From positions 51,515 through 115,514 of the forward strand of contig CAVAGP010000002.1 in NCBI GenBank assembly GCA_963588175.1: a stretch of 64,000 nt of DNA, read 5' to 3'. Of the stretch, positions 1 through 8,648 are shown in pieces. The translations under genes and the position numbers were made by a program. The stretch is from Faecalibacillus sp. GTDB taxonomy: Bacteria > Bacillota_I > Bacilli_A > RFN20 > CAG-826. The notes beneath the pieces were generated by a model. It had not been told where the DNA came from. It did no database searches and was given only the letters and a program-made list of their open reading frames with translations. Positions within the stretch are counted from its first letter, which is position 1, and the number at the start of each line of letters is the position of its first letter.

Positions 1-464
1 ATGTCTATTTTCTTTGGAATGCCTCTAATATTCCTTGCATTCTCGGTGACATCATCACCTTGCGTTCCGTCGCCTCTTGTAGCTGCTGTTTTTAGATTAC
101 CATTTAAGTAAGTCAATTGCAATGATAATCCATCAATCTTTGGTTCAACAACAATCTTACAATCTTGCTTCTTAGTGAATTCTTCTACATCCTCAATCGT
201 AAAGACATCTCTCATAGACTTCATTGGATACTTGTGCTTGATCGTTGCAAACCCCTTCTGATGATCTGCACCAACTTTTTTAGATGGTGAATTAGGATTG
301 ATAAGTTCCGGGTTCTTAGCTTCTAGTTCCTCTAACCGATGCATTAACGTATCGAATTCAGCGTCCGTCATGATTGGTGTATTGTTATAATAACCATCAC
401 TCGCTTTAATTAACTTTTCTGTCAATGCTTTGATTTTACTTTCTTCACTCAGGCTAATACTCAT
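1..464 (-). CDS. ligA: NAD+-dependent DNA ligase, N-terminal adenylation domain (rest of gene lies outside the window)
   Basis: Not in the ORF track because it is open at the window edge. Own translation from ATG 464..462: MSISLSEESKIKALTEKLIKASDGYYNNTPIMTDAEFDTLMHRLEELEAKNPELINPNSPSKKVG...KIVVEPKIDGLSLQLTYLNGNLKTAATRGDGTQGDDVTENARNI. It has the KxDG adenylation motif and the TRGDG motif of LigA. A TTGACT-17-TAAAAT promoter (526..498) and an AAAGGA SD lie upstream. Confidence 0.8.
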   Translation of the reverse strand, partial: MSISLSEESKIKALTEKLIKASDGYYNNTPIMTDAEFDTLMHRLEELEAKNPELINPNSPSKKVGADHQKGFATIKHKYPMKSMRDVFTIEDVEEFTKKQDCKIVVEPKIDGLSLQLTYLNGNLKTAATRGDGTQGDDVTENARNIRGIPKKID

Positions 465-560
465 AACTGTCAATCCTTTCTGTGAATCCATGCTTTTATT
501 TTAACATCTAAAAATCATTTAGTCAATACCTATCCAGCAAAAACTGGATAGGTATATCGA

Positions 561-1589
561 CTATTTTTCGAGCGACTGTTTGTACACCTCTACAGCCTTG
601 CGCAAATAATCCGTAGCAGCATCTGCGTCTCCCCACAATTCCGCTGGAATAATAGACTTCAATGCCTTTTTGCTTGGAGACTTAAAGGTGCGTGGTTTCT
701 CTTCTGCTTGAGCCTTCTTCAGCAAAAATAACAAATCATCAGACACAAGAAGTTCATCTCCCTTTGCTTCTACTGTCTTTTGGATCTTTACCATATCTTC
801 GGTCTTAACAAATCTCTTGAAGAATGCCTGTGTAGACGCTTTATCCTCATCACAGTATTTGTAGATAAAATTCCACAACACCTGCTGATTCTGTAATGTG
901 GTTTCTTGTCCAAGTCGTGTAAGATACAAAGCTACCGGAGACATAGAGAGTGTCTTGTCATCTACCATCTCAATAATTTCAGCAATGCAATGCGCTGGAA
1001 TAATCCGACGAACAGTACGTATATATGATACAGAGGTATGTGACTTTTCTGCAATCTCTTCGAGCATTTGCTTTGTGCCCGAATTTGCTCCTTGATGATT
1101 CATTGCTTTTGCCTGCATCTCAAACGCCAGTCCATATTCGGATGGTAAAAGCTCTTGTCTGCGATAAACGTTGGTATTGACATACACCAAGTCACCGTAC
1201 TGAAAATCGTTTGCACTGACTTTCTCATATGAGACAACTTCTGCTTTTATTGTCTTAGACGCATCAGCATATCTCTTCAGGTTTTCGCGAGCAGCAGTTG
1301 TTCGTTGTTTGCCTTCCAGCACCTCATACTTGCCTTCTTGTATGCCAGACGGAAAAACTGTAATAGCTTTCATCTGGCCCTGTTCATACAGGCTATCAGC
1401 TAATTCAATTATTTGCTCGTGGGAGTAATCGCGAAAAATTGGTCTTCCGTTCACGTCCTCGCGGTGATACCAAATAATATCATCAAGCGGAATTTCTCGG
1501 ATACTAGGCGTCTTCTTCTCAACCACTGGGGCTTCCGTATTTCCTACGAGTTTTTTTGAGATACTGCTCTTCCCTCTTAGGCTGCTCAT
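561..1589 (-). CDS. ParB/Srx-fold partition protein candidate (third gene of par operon)
   Basis: 342-aa ORF whose ATG overlaps the parA stop (ATGA). The N-terminal region IREIPLDDI...AITVFP...YEVLEGKQRTTAA resembles the ParB N-terminal domain (GxxR box). Placed directly downstream of ParA. Confidence 0.6.
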   Translation of the reverse strand: MSSLRGKSSISKKLVGNTEAPVVEKKTPSIREIPLDDIIWYHREDVNGRPIFRDYSHEQIIELADSLYEQGQMKAITVFPSGIQEGKYEVLEGKQRTTAARENLKRYADASKTIKAEVVSYEKVSANDFQYGDLVYVNTNVYRRQELLPSEYGLAFEMQAKAMNHQGANSGTKQMLEEIAEKSHTSVSYIRTVRRIIPAHCIAEIIEMVDDKTLSMSPVALYLTRLGQETTLQNQQVLWNFIYKYCDEDKASTQAFFKRFVKTEDMVKIQKTVEAKGDELLVSDDLLFLLKKAQAEEKPRTFKSPSKKALKSIIPAELWGDADAATDYLRKAVEVYKQSLEK

Positions 1590-2365
1590 CCTACTACCTC
1601 CAGCAATTCAGTTACAAACTGCTCATAGTCCTCTTTTACCTTATGCTTACGTCCTCGCATAAAAATATTCTGATGTGTCAAAGATGATTCACCAAGAGGA
1701 GTTTTTGCTGCACGAATCTTCGTGTTAAATACTTTGATATTCATCTCGTCAGCATACTCTTGCATATCACTGATAATCTGCTTTTCAACTCGCAATCCAG
1801 ATCCTCTTGTCTCAACTCTTGTAAATAAGATTCCCGCAATCTGGAGTGCATCATTCAGCTTTTTTGTATTCTCTATTGTGTTATAGAGGTACGGTATATT
1901 TTGTACTGACATGTTGTCAGCATCTGTTGGGATAACCACATAGTCGGCGGCAGCCAATGATGCAAGCTGCAACCAGCCCAGATGAGGAGGAGTATCAATG
2001 ATTACGTAATCATACTCATCGCGGACCTCATCAATGATCTCTCGTAAGACAAGCGGATCTGTATCAGCTCTGTCCATATCCCACAACTTTCGAGACCCTA
2101 TAATCACATCACCAAAAGAGGTTCCTTTGATGATAGAATCTTCAATACTTAATTCTCCATCAAAGATCAGTTCAAAAAGGGTCGGATGGTCATCTGATAT
2201 CTCATCAAAGGTTTCAACCATAAAGTTGCTCGAATTACACTGCGGGTCTGCATCGACAATCAGAACCTTTTTGCCTCTGCTAATCAGATTGCCTGCTGTC
2301 ATAATTGCCGACGTCGTTTTTGCTACGCCACCCTTTTGGTTCGAGAATACGATTACTTTACTCAT
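1586..2365 (-). CDS. parA: ParA/Soj-type partition ATPase
   Basis: Deviant Walker A in MSKVIVFSNQKGGVAKTTSAIMTAGNL, followed by VLIVDADPQCNSS and IIDTPP. Start moved from the ORF-track 2407 to ATG 2365 (AAGGGGG SD; overlaps the stop of the upstream RHH ORF). Confidence 0.9.
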   Translation of the reverse strand: MSKVIVFSNQKGGVAKTTSAIMTAGNLISRGKKVLIVDADPQCNSSNFMVETFDEISDDHPTLFELIFDGELSIEDSIIKGTSFGDVIIGSRKLWDMDRADTDPLVLREIIDEVRDEYDYVIIDTPPHLGWLQLASLAAADYVVIPTDADNMSVQNIPYLYNTIENTKKLNDALQIAGILFTRVETRGSGLRVEKQIISDMQEYADEMNIKVFNTKIRAAKTPLGESSLTHQNIFMRGRKHKVKEDYEQFVTELLEVVG

Positions 2366-2507
2366 GATGATCGACCCCCTTGTCTTCTGCATAGTACTCC
2401 ACAACAATTTTCCGAAGTAGATTACTTATCGTTCTCTGCTCTTCTGCCGCTTGCTTTTCTAACTTTGCCATTGTCTCATCGTCCAAAGCAACGGTCTTCC
2501 GTATCAT
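2358..2507 (-). CDS. Ribbon-helix-helix (CopG/Arc/MetJ-like) small DNA-binding protein, first gene of par operon
   Basis: 49-aa ORF below the ORF-track cutoff. Own translation: MIRKTVALDDETMAKLEKQAAEEQRTISNLLRKIVVEYYAEDKGVDHHE. It shows the beta-strand/helix/helix pattern typical of RHH repressors. GGAGGTG SD 5 nt upstream; stop overlaps the parA ATG. Confidence 0.6.
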   Translation of the reverse strand: MIRKTVALDDETMAKLEKQAAEEQRTISNLLRKIVVEYYAEDKGVDHHE

Positions 2508-2530
2508 TGCATTCACCTCCTGATACGCTT

Positions 2531-2559
2531 ATATTACAGCATTCGTAACGAAATGTCAA
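2531..2559 (-). promoter_or_regulatory. par operon promoter with flanking GTAACG/CGTTAC hexamer repeats (likely RHH operator)
   Basis: Minus strand: TTGACA (2559..2554), 17 nt, TAATAT (2536..2531). Three copies of CGTTAC/GTAACG lie at about 2545..2590, bracketing the -35 box. Confidence 0.5.
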
Positions 2560-2814
2560 TAACCGTTACCGTGTATTTTTTCGTTACTCAGTAATTTTTT
2601 GTTTGTATGTTAATAACTCTGTTAATATCCTGTGTATAACCTTGTTGATAACTTCTGTTTTCGCAATGTTCACTTTCGATATTGCGGATTTCGAGCTGTC
2701 GGAAACAAGTACATATATAATACTATGATAGATATAAGACTGTGATATATAAGACTGGTTAGAGCAGATCAATCCGCGCAGCAAAAAATCTCTCAAGAAA
2801 TTTCCAGAATCCTA

Positions 2815-2844
2815 TTGACAAACCCATCAGACATCGTGTATTAT
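2815..2844 (+). promoter_or_regulatory. Candidate promoter of the rep-like gene
   Basis: TTGACA (2815..2820), 18 nt, TATTAT (2839..2844), about 200 nt upstream of the rep start. Tandem ATATAAGACTG x2 at about 2731..2757 lies between the two divergent promoters. Confidence 0.45.
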
Positions 2845-3046
2845 TGGAGCGTGAAGATATCTATATGAAAATATATAGGCGTATTCCCAGTGCGCATATC
2901 TTCTTTTCACACAGACGCTATAAGAGTATGGTCGTATATTTAGTAAGAGGTTATAATTTATATTATAGCTTTATTAAGTTTACTCTTTTTTGATACATGT
3001 AGCACCTGTGACAACAGGTGCTTTTCTTATTTTTAGGAGCTTTATT

Positions 3047-4003
3047 ATGGCAACAGTAATTAATCTTACAATACATCGTTTACCGCGCGGCGGCGACAAT
3101 AGCTTTACGATGATTCCAAACTCAATTTTGAGAGATCCAAATATGTCTTGCAAAGCCAAGGCTGTTCTGATGTACCTATTGGGCGAAAAAGATAATTCCT
3201 ATCCTCCATCCTCCAATGATGATGTTTGGACAATGACTATCAAAGGACTTACTGCGGCTTTTAAAGAGAGTGTTGGTAGTATCAAGCGATCCCTTGACGA
3301 ACTTATGTCTTTGGGTTATTTGGTGCGCACCGATATTTTAAATAAGCGAAATCTGCGTGTTCGAAGCGAGTACACAATTTATGAAGAACCTATCGAGAAT
3401 CCAGATGGAAAACCGTTAAAAAGATACGAAGACGAAGAATATCAGCGTAAAATTGAAACAATTAAGAAAGAAAAAGAGATTGTTGAAGAAGCTGAAAAAG
3501 AAGCTACTGAAGCCACGCTCAAGACCACAATGAATTTTGAATGGCTTGCTAATGAATATGGCTATGATGTGGCGCATGAGATCATCAAAATTGTAATGGA
3601 CGCTATCTCTTCAAAGCATCGGCTCTGGTTGAATAAGTTCCCCACTCGCCCATCGGATATCGCAAAAAAAATATATGCGTTGGATTGTATTACAGTAGCG
3701 GAAGTTATTGAGAGAATCGAAGAACGGCCTAATGTTCGGAATAGGGACAAGTATATTCTTGCTTCACTTTATTCAGCAGGCAAAAAAATAAATATCCCAA
3801 CTGATGATGTTGTACATTGTGTTGCGACAATGAAGCAGTTTATTTTAGCATACAAAAATAATGAACATATTGAGTGGTGGAATAAAAATAATGCCTCCCT
3901 TTCCATCTTAGAAAGCGAGGCTATACATCAATTTATTTCAGACAAATATAAATGGGATAATACTGCGTATAATAATATCATTTCTGTGATGCGAGGTTTT
4001 TGA
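3047..4003 (+). CDS. Winged-helix replication-initiator-like protein (RepA_N/DnaD-like)
   Basis: Start moved to ATG 3047 (TAGGAG SD at 3034). The N-terminus FTMIPNSILRDPNMSCKAKAVLMYLLG...TIKGLTAAFKESVGSIKRSLDELMSLGYLVR looks like Firmicutes plasmid/phage initiator wHTH domains. Divergent from par and followed by an iteron-like array. Confidence 0.5.
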   Translation: MATVINLTIHRLPRGGDNSFTMIPNSILRDPNMSCKAKAVLMYLLGEKDNSYPPSSNDDVWTMTIKGLTAAFKESVGSIKRSLDELMSLGYLVRTDILNKRNLRVRSEYTIYEEPIENPDGKPLKRYEDEEYQRKIETIKKEKEIVEEAEKEATEATLKTTMNFEWLANEYGYDVAHEIIKIVMDAISSKHRLWLNKFPTRPSDIAKKIYALDCITVAEVIERIEERPNVRNRDKYILASLYSAGKKINIPTDDVVHCVATMKQFILAYKNNEHIEWWNKNNASLSILESEAIHQFISDKYKWDNTAYNNIISVMRGF

Positions 4004-4201
4004 TTTTATCTTTAAGTAGTAAAATCCCCTCCTCGGTTCCCAGCCGAAGAGGGGCACAGACGCTCCATATTAGGAGTCATTATGACGTAATTTTTTATTA
4101 CGCATATATTATAACAGCCGATCATTTATTTTGCAAGCCCTTTTGGTTAAAAAAGTTTTAAAATATTTTCGACTCCTTTTGTGCAATATTATAGTCTGAG
4201 T

Positions 4202-4601
4202 ACTTTTGTTAATTTTAACATTAGTGGTTTGTTTTAACGACATCTATTTTCAAAATCACTTTTGTTAATTTTAACATTAGTTGTTCTGAAAAAATAAACA
4301 CGCACTCTGAAATTATTTCGCGAGCTACTTTTGTTAATATTAACATTAGTTAGAGCTTGACGCACGAACCACAGATAACAAACGAAACATTTGACTTTTG
4401 TTAATTTTAACAATAGTGTAATCATACACCTCTCCCCCTGCTGTATATGACTTTTGTTAATTTTAACATTAGTGCTACGTACAAAAATTATGCTATGATT
4501 TTTGAAAACGACTTTTGTTAAAATTAACAAAAGTCGTTTTTTATTTTCAAAAGCAACAACAAGGCATAGGGAATCTGACTATTGTTAATTTTAACAAAAG
4601 C
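4202..4601. repeat. Seven 24-bp dyad-containing direct repeats (iteron / centromere-like array)
   Basis: Copies of ACTTTTGTTAATTTTAACATTAGT (0-3 mismatches) at 4202, 4258, 4327, 4394, 4450, 4511 and 4578. Each contains the inverted half-sites TGTTAA-N4-TTAACA. Copy 6 sits in a 28-bp inverted repeat with two 13-nt arms (4509..4536, CGACTTTTGTTAA AA TTAACAAAAGTCG). Start-to-start spacing is 56-69 bp. Confidence 0.75.
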
Positions 4602-4672
4602 ACCTCAAAATAAATTAACAGACGAAAAAGTGCTAAAAAAAGGGATAGCATACGCTATCCCTTTTCTTATGA

Positions 4673-5524
4673 TTAAATAATGTTCACATATTTAGTTTCT
4701 TTATTCCAAGCAAGTAACCAACCAGAAGCGCAACGGACAAAAACGCTGCCGTCTTCACCGGTCTTAATGCTCTTACAAGTAATCTCAGTAGTTGCTTTCA
4801 GAGTGGCTTCCTTCGCGGACGTGCAGCACTTCTGAGTGTAAGCAGACAGATCTTTTTTAAGTTTAACATCTGCATCTTTTGAAGCTGCTGTTCTTAATTT
4901 TAAATCAGTACGAAGTTTGTACACCTTCCCTACTTCAAATTTCGGAGCAGTGTTTGATTTAACTTTAACTTGACCGTTCAAAATTTTCTTAACTTGAGAT
5001 TTAAAATCAATCCATTCTTTGTTATTGGAACCACACATCTGCTGAGGACAGCTTTTCATCGTACAATCATAGTGTCTCAATACATATGTATCCACCTGAC
5101 TCGCTGAAATACCGAGCTTCTTGCACATATACGCACAAACATAAGCAGCGTTGTTTTTGGTCTTTGAACTTACGCGAGAATTGCCGCTAGTACACATCTC
5201 AATACTGATTGAATTTTCGTTACGGCAATACGGATGCACATAAGACTTAGCGCCTACTGCCCACGCTCTATCTTTTAATTTTACCGATTGGATAATATGA
5301 CTCTCATCAACAAAGATATGCGCAGATGCTTTTCTCCCAGATGTTCTGAAATAGTTACAATTCGCCGCAGCCGTATCTTTGACATTGCCGGTATAGTGCA
5401 TAACCACATACTTCACAGTGCGGCCCGAACATGTCTCGTAGTTGCCACTAGAACAAGCAACATGCCCTATTTGGATACCGTTAATTTTTCCGTTAATCCA
5501 TTGGTCAGAAATATATTTACTCAT
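4673..5524 (-). CDS. Endolysin: N-acetylmuramoyl-L-alanine amidase (Amidase_2/PGRP-type) with C-terminal binding domain
   Basis: VKYVVMHYTGNVKDTAAANCNYF...ASAHIFVDE...NENSISIEMC...LRHYDCTMKSCP are typical zinc-amidase blocks. Start moved to ATG 5524 (GGAG SD). Holin-like genes lie immediately upstream. Confidence 0.85.
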   Translation of the reverse strand: MSKYISDQWINGKINGIQIGHVACSSGNYETCSGRTVKYVVMHYTGNVKDTAAANCNYFRTSGRKASAHIFVDESHIIQSVKLKDRAWAVGAKSYVHPYCRNENSISIEMCTSGNSRVSSKTKNNAAYVCAYMCKKLGISASQVDTYVLRHYDCTMKSCPQQMCGSNNKEWIDFKSQVKKILNGQVKVKSNTAPKFEVGKVYKLRTDLKLRTAASKDADVKLKKDLSAYTQKCCTSAKEATLKATTEITCKSIKTGEDGSVFVRCASGWLLAWNKETKYVNII

Positions 5525-5589
5525 AAAACACTCCATTCATTCCAAAATAAAAAGACCGCCATTTGGCGGTCTTTTATTTACAAATAATT

Positions 5590-5865
5590 TTACTCTTTCG
5601 CAGAGTCAGTGTCCGAACCAATTAATTCTTGCTGGTCGTCCAGCTTGTCATGATCTTCGTTCGGTTGGTCTTTGCCAACAGCGGCTGTATCAATTTTAGC
5701 CTCTGCCAAAATGTATGTAATAATAGATACCAGCGAGACTACTGCGCCAGACACCCCGGTGATTGTGTCTCCATCCAAACCAAACGCAAGCGCCAGACCA
5801 GACACAACACCAGCAATACAAGCCCATAATTTTCTGCTTGATAATTTTTTCAAAATAACGTTCAT
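5590..5865 (-). CDS. Holin candidate
   Basis: 91 aa with two hydrophobic helices (LWACIAGVVSGLALAFG, VSGAVVSLVSIITYILA) and a highly charged C-terminal tail. Lies directly upstream of the endolysin. Confidence 0.55.
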   Translation of the reverse strand: MNVILKKLSSRKLWACIAGVVSGLALAFGLDGDTITGVSGAVVSLVSIITYILAEAKIDTAAVGKDQPNEDHDKLDDQQELIGSDTDSAKE

Positions 5866-6272
5866 ATCAATTCCTCCGCATTTAATTTTTCAGACTCTTC
5901 TTCAAAGTCTTCATCTGAATCTTCGTTGTTGTCTTCAATTTCTTCTGACATTAATTTTTCGTTTTCCATATATTCATCATCAGGATGTACGGCAGGGAAG
6001 TCCTGTTCTACCATTTTCCCTTGCTTATTTAATATTGCGTGTTGAACACTGTTCTTCAGCATCCATAACGCACCACCAGCAGAAAGGGGAAGAGTAACTA
6101 ACTCTGCAACGTTGCTCCAAATTGAAGTGTCAGCAAGTACCACCATAGAATAAATAGCAGCGCCCATCATAATTACTCCGGTGAAGAGCCAGCCAATAAC
6201 CATAGCTACAACAAACAAATCAGAAAAATAACAGATAGGGGAGTTGCGAATTTTTTCTATGATCTTCTTCAA
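5862..6272 (-). CDS. Membrane protein of lysis cassette (second holin/antiholin candidate)
   Basis: 136 aa with 2-3 predicted TM helices and a very acidic C-terminus (EEIEDNNEDSDEDFEEESE). 4-nt overlap with the neighbouring genes. Confidence 0.4.
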   Translation of the reverse strand: MKKIIEKIRNSPICYFSDLFVVAMVIGWLFTGVIMMGAAIYSMVVLADTSIWSNVAELVTLPLSAGGALWMLKNSVQHAILNKQGKMVEQDFPAVHPDDEYMENEKLMSEEIEDNNEDSDEDFEEESEKLNAEELI

Positions 6273-6568
6273 TTTAAAATCTTTCTTTCTAAATTCAACA
6301 AACGCTCTTCATCTAATTGGATCTTAGCCTCTACGGCTGGCATACGCTTTGCAAAATTATTATGCTCTCGCACCTCACGTGTAAGCTCCTCAATTTTAGT
6401 GTCAGTAATAGCTTGGTGTTTTTCTAACTGCTGTTGAATTTTTGTATCTGCAATCGTTTGACTTCTCTCTAATTGCTGTGTCATTTTTTGTCCGGAGCTA
6501 TAATTGCTCCAGAGTACACCAATTAGAGCAAGTACGCCGGTAATTACAGCGGCGATAATAGTTTCCAT
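6269..6568 (-). CDS. N-terminal TM anchor plus coiled-coil protein (lysis-cassette associated)
   Basis: Start moved to ATG 6568 (AAGGAG SD). METIIAAVITGVLALIGVLW is followed by a heptad-like repeat (QQLERSQTIADTKIQQQLEKHQAITDTKIEEL). Confidence 0.35.
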   Translation of the reverse strand: METIIAAVITGVLALIGVLWSNYSSGQKMTQQLERSQTIADTKIQQQLEKHQAITDTKIEELTREVREHNNFAKRMPAVEAKIQLDEERLLNLERKILN

Positions 6569-6658
6569 AAGTGCTCCTTGTCTAAAAATAACATTAATCA
6601 TTTTAATCTAATGTGTTAAAGTATAACATATATTCAAAATATTGTTTTAAAATACAAA

Positions 6659-8449
6659 TTAAATTTTGCTTTCATCCAGTTCGCCCGTTATTGTTCCGTC
6701 AACTGTGTAATCTTCCAAAGCTCTAATTTGATTCGCAAAAGGTTTACTCGTCGTGCTTACTGAATACTTGCTCTTCCAAGTTTCGACTACAGAAGACGGA
6801 ACATAAATATACCCGTCCCTTAATCCATCTGGATTGTACGTACTATCTACTTTGCCTGTATAATGATCGCAAGTGCTTAATATGTCTCCTAAGTAAAACA
6901 ATCTTGTTGTAGATCGTATGACAAATGAAACTAAAGAGTAACAATATTTAAAAGCAGTCTTATTGATCGAGTATATAGAAGAAGGAAGATCTATTGATGT
7001 TAGCGCAACAGACTCCAAAAAAGCACAGTTTTTAATCGTAGTTACAGAAGAGAGGTTTATCTTGGTCAAAGAATGACACTCCTGAACAGCGTGTTCTCCA
7101 ATCGTGGTTACAGAAGGAAGATTTACCGAAGTCAGAGAAGTACACTTCTGAAAAGCATAATCTCCAATCGTGGTTACAGAAGGAAGATCTACCGAAGCCA
7201 GAGAAGTACAATTGCTAAAACTATCATAGCCAATGTAATCAACAGAAGGAAAACTTTCTGGAGTCAGAGAAGCTAAAGAAATGCAATTTTGAAAAGTTTC
7301 AAGCATAATCTTAGTTGTAGCAGGAAGGTTTATCGAAGTTAAAGAGGTGCAGCCTCGGAATGCTCCGCGGTCAACCGAAGTCACGAGAGGAAGGTCTATT
7401 GAAGTTAAAGAGGAGCAGTTTTGAAAGCCTCCGTCAATCTCAGTAACAGAAGGGAAAATTTCTGAAGTCAGAGCTGTTAGAGGAGTGCTGCCACCAAAAC
7501 CACAAATCTTAGTTGCAACAGGAAGGTTTATTTCAGTCAAAGAGGTACAGTTATCAAAAGCACCGACATCTGTTGCAACAGGAAGGTTTATTTCAGTCAA
7601 AGAGGTACAGCTATCAAAACCACGAATCTTAGTTGCAACAGGAAGGTTTATTTCAGTCAAAGAGGTACAGTTATTAAAACCACCGACATCTGTTGCAACA
7701 GGAAGGTTTATTTCAGTCAAAGAGGTACAGTTATCAAAAGCAGACGAATCAATTTTAATTGCAGAAGGAAGACTTATCGAAGTTAAAGAAGAACATTCAT
7801 TGAAAGCATCCGAATGAACCATAGTTACAGAAGGAAACTCTATTGATATGAGAGAAGTGCAGGTTTGAAAACCATATCTTCCGATTTCAGTTGCAACCGG
7901 AAGATTTACTGAAATCAGAGAAGTGCAGCTTTGAAAACCCCATTGTCCGATTTCAGTGGCAACCGGAAGATTTACTGAAATCAGAGAAGAACAGCTATGA
8001 AACGCACTATCTTTGATACTAGTCACAAGCGGAAAATCTATTGAAGTCAGAGCAGTACAATTCCGAAAAGCATCCTCTCTAATTTCAGTGGCAACCGGAA
8101 GATTTACTGAAGTTAGGGAGGAACAATCTTTAAATGCATATTTTCCGATACTAGTAGCAAGAGGAAGTGTTATTGTAGATAGAGCAGCACAACCCTGAAA
8201 AGCATAGTCTCCGATTTTAATTGCAGAAGGAAGACTTACCATGGCCAAAACAGTACAATCTTTAAATGCATTCTTTTCAACAACAATTGCAAAAGGGCGA
8301 CTTATCTCAGTTAAAGAGCTTTTGTTGGAAACACCTTTGACAGTAGTTTCAAAAAGTTCTTCTGGAAGATAACTGTGAAGATAACTGTTAAGATAATCAA
8401 CGTAGTTGTTTGCTTGCACAGCTAATGTTCTCGCAATATTATCTGTCAT
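6659..8449 (-). CDS. BspA-type leucine-rich-repeat protein, probable receptor-binding/tail-fibre protein
   Basis: More than 20 tandem ~20-23-aa repeats of the form F..C.SLTSI.LP..VT.IG..AF (LRR_5/BspA pattern). Lies at the distal end of the tail module. Confidence 0.75.
   Translation of the reverse strand: MTDNIARTLAVQANNYVDYLNSYLHSYLPEELFETTVKGVSNKSSLTEISRPFAIVVEKNAFKDCTVLAMVSLPSAIKIGDYAFQGCAALSTITLPLATSIGKYAFKDCSSLTSVNLPVATEIREDAFRNCTALTSIDFPLVTSIKDSAFHSCSSLISVNLPVATEIGQWGFQSCTSLISVNLPVATEIGRYGFQTCTSLISIEFPSVTMVHSDAFNECSSLTSISLPSAIKIDSSAFDNCTSLTEINLPVATDVGGFNNCTSLTEINLPVATKIRGFDSCTSLTEINLPVATDVGAFDNCTSLTEINLPVATKICGFGGSTPLTALTSEIFPSVTEIDGGFQNCSSLTSIDLPLVTSVDRGAFRGCTSLTSINLPATTKIMLETFQNCISLASLTPESFPSVDYIGYDSFSNCTSLASVDLPSVTTIGDYAFQKCTSLTSVNLPSVTTIGEHAVQECHSLTKINLSSVTTIKNCAFLESVALTSIDLPSSIYSINKTAFKYCYSLVSFVIRSTTRLFYLGDILSTCDHYTGKVDSTYNPDGLRDGYIYVPSSVVETWKSKYSVSTTSKPFANQIRALEDYTVDGTITGELDESKI
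7501..7740. repeat. Four exact-period 60-bp tandem repeats inside the LRR gene
   Basis: Units at 7501, 7561, 7621 and 7681. A 39-bp core gttgcaacaggaaggtttatttcagtcaaagaggtacag is identical in all four. Each unit encodes NLPVAT(D/K)(V/I)xxFxxCTSLTEI. Confidence 0.95.
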
Positions 8450-8455
8450 AATTTA

Positions 8456-8644
8456 TCACAACCATTCTGCATATTCGGCATCATAAAAATATAGTTGTCG
8501 TGTGTCAATTTCAAAATAAGAAGAACCGTTTGGAATGCTCATCCCCTCGAATTCTTCAATTGGTTTTTCGTCTCCAGATGTGCCATATAGTTCCATCACA
8601 TTTTCATTCGTATGTTGACCATATGCGCTTAAAGTTACAGCCAT
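8456..8644 (-). CDS. Small hypothetical tail-module protein
   Basis: Start moved to ATG 8644 (AAGGAGT SD 6 nt upstream). 62 aa, no motif recognised. Confidence 0.4.
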   Translation of the reverse strand: MAVTLSAYGQHTNENVMELYGTSGDEKPIEEFEGMSIPNGSSYFEIDTRQLYFYDAEYAEWL

Positions 8645-8648
8645 TAAA

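Noticed and set aside
2584-2796. 70-aa minus-strand ORF between the par and rep promoters.
   Set aside because: It lies in the divergent control region that carries promoters and short repeats. It has no SD and a low-complexity Ile/Ser-rich sequence.
4202-4601. Repeat-spacer architecture (24-bp repeats, 32-45-bp unique spacers) that superficially looks like a mini-CRISPR array.
   Set aside because: The repeats are short and degenerate (0-3 mismatches), and are built around an AT-rich dyad typical of a protein-binding site. There are no cas genes or leader in the window. The array sits directly beside rep-like and par genes, so iterons or a centromere are the simpler reading.
5288-6097. Plus-strand ORFs antisense to the endolysin and holin genes (5288..5587, 5442..5699, 5629..5829, 5672..6097).
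   Set aside because: They are shadow ORFs opposite well-supported lysis genes and have no translation signals.
7073-8198. Plus-strand ORFs with repetitive peptides (7073..7276, 7485..7817, 8013..8198).
   Set aside because: They are the antisense reading of the LRR repeats. The periodicity is inherited from the minus-strand gene.
6659-8449. Diversity-generating retroelement acting on the LRR gene.
   Set aside because: There is no reverse transcriptase, no template repeat and no adenine-specific mismatch pattern anywhere in the window.
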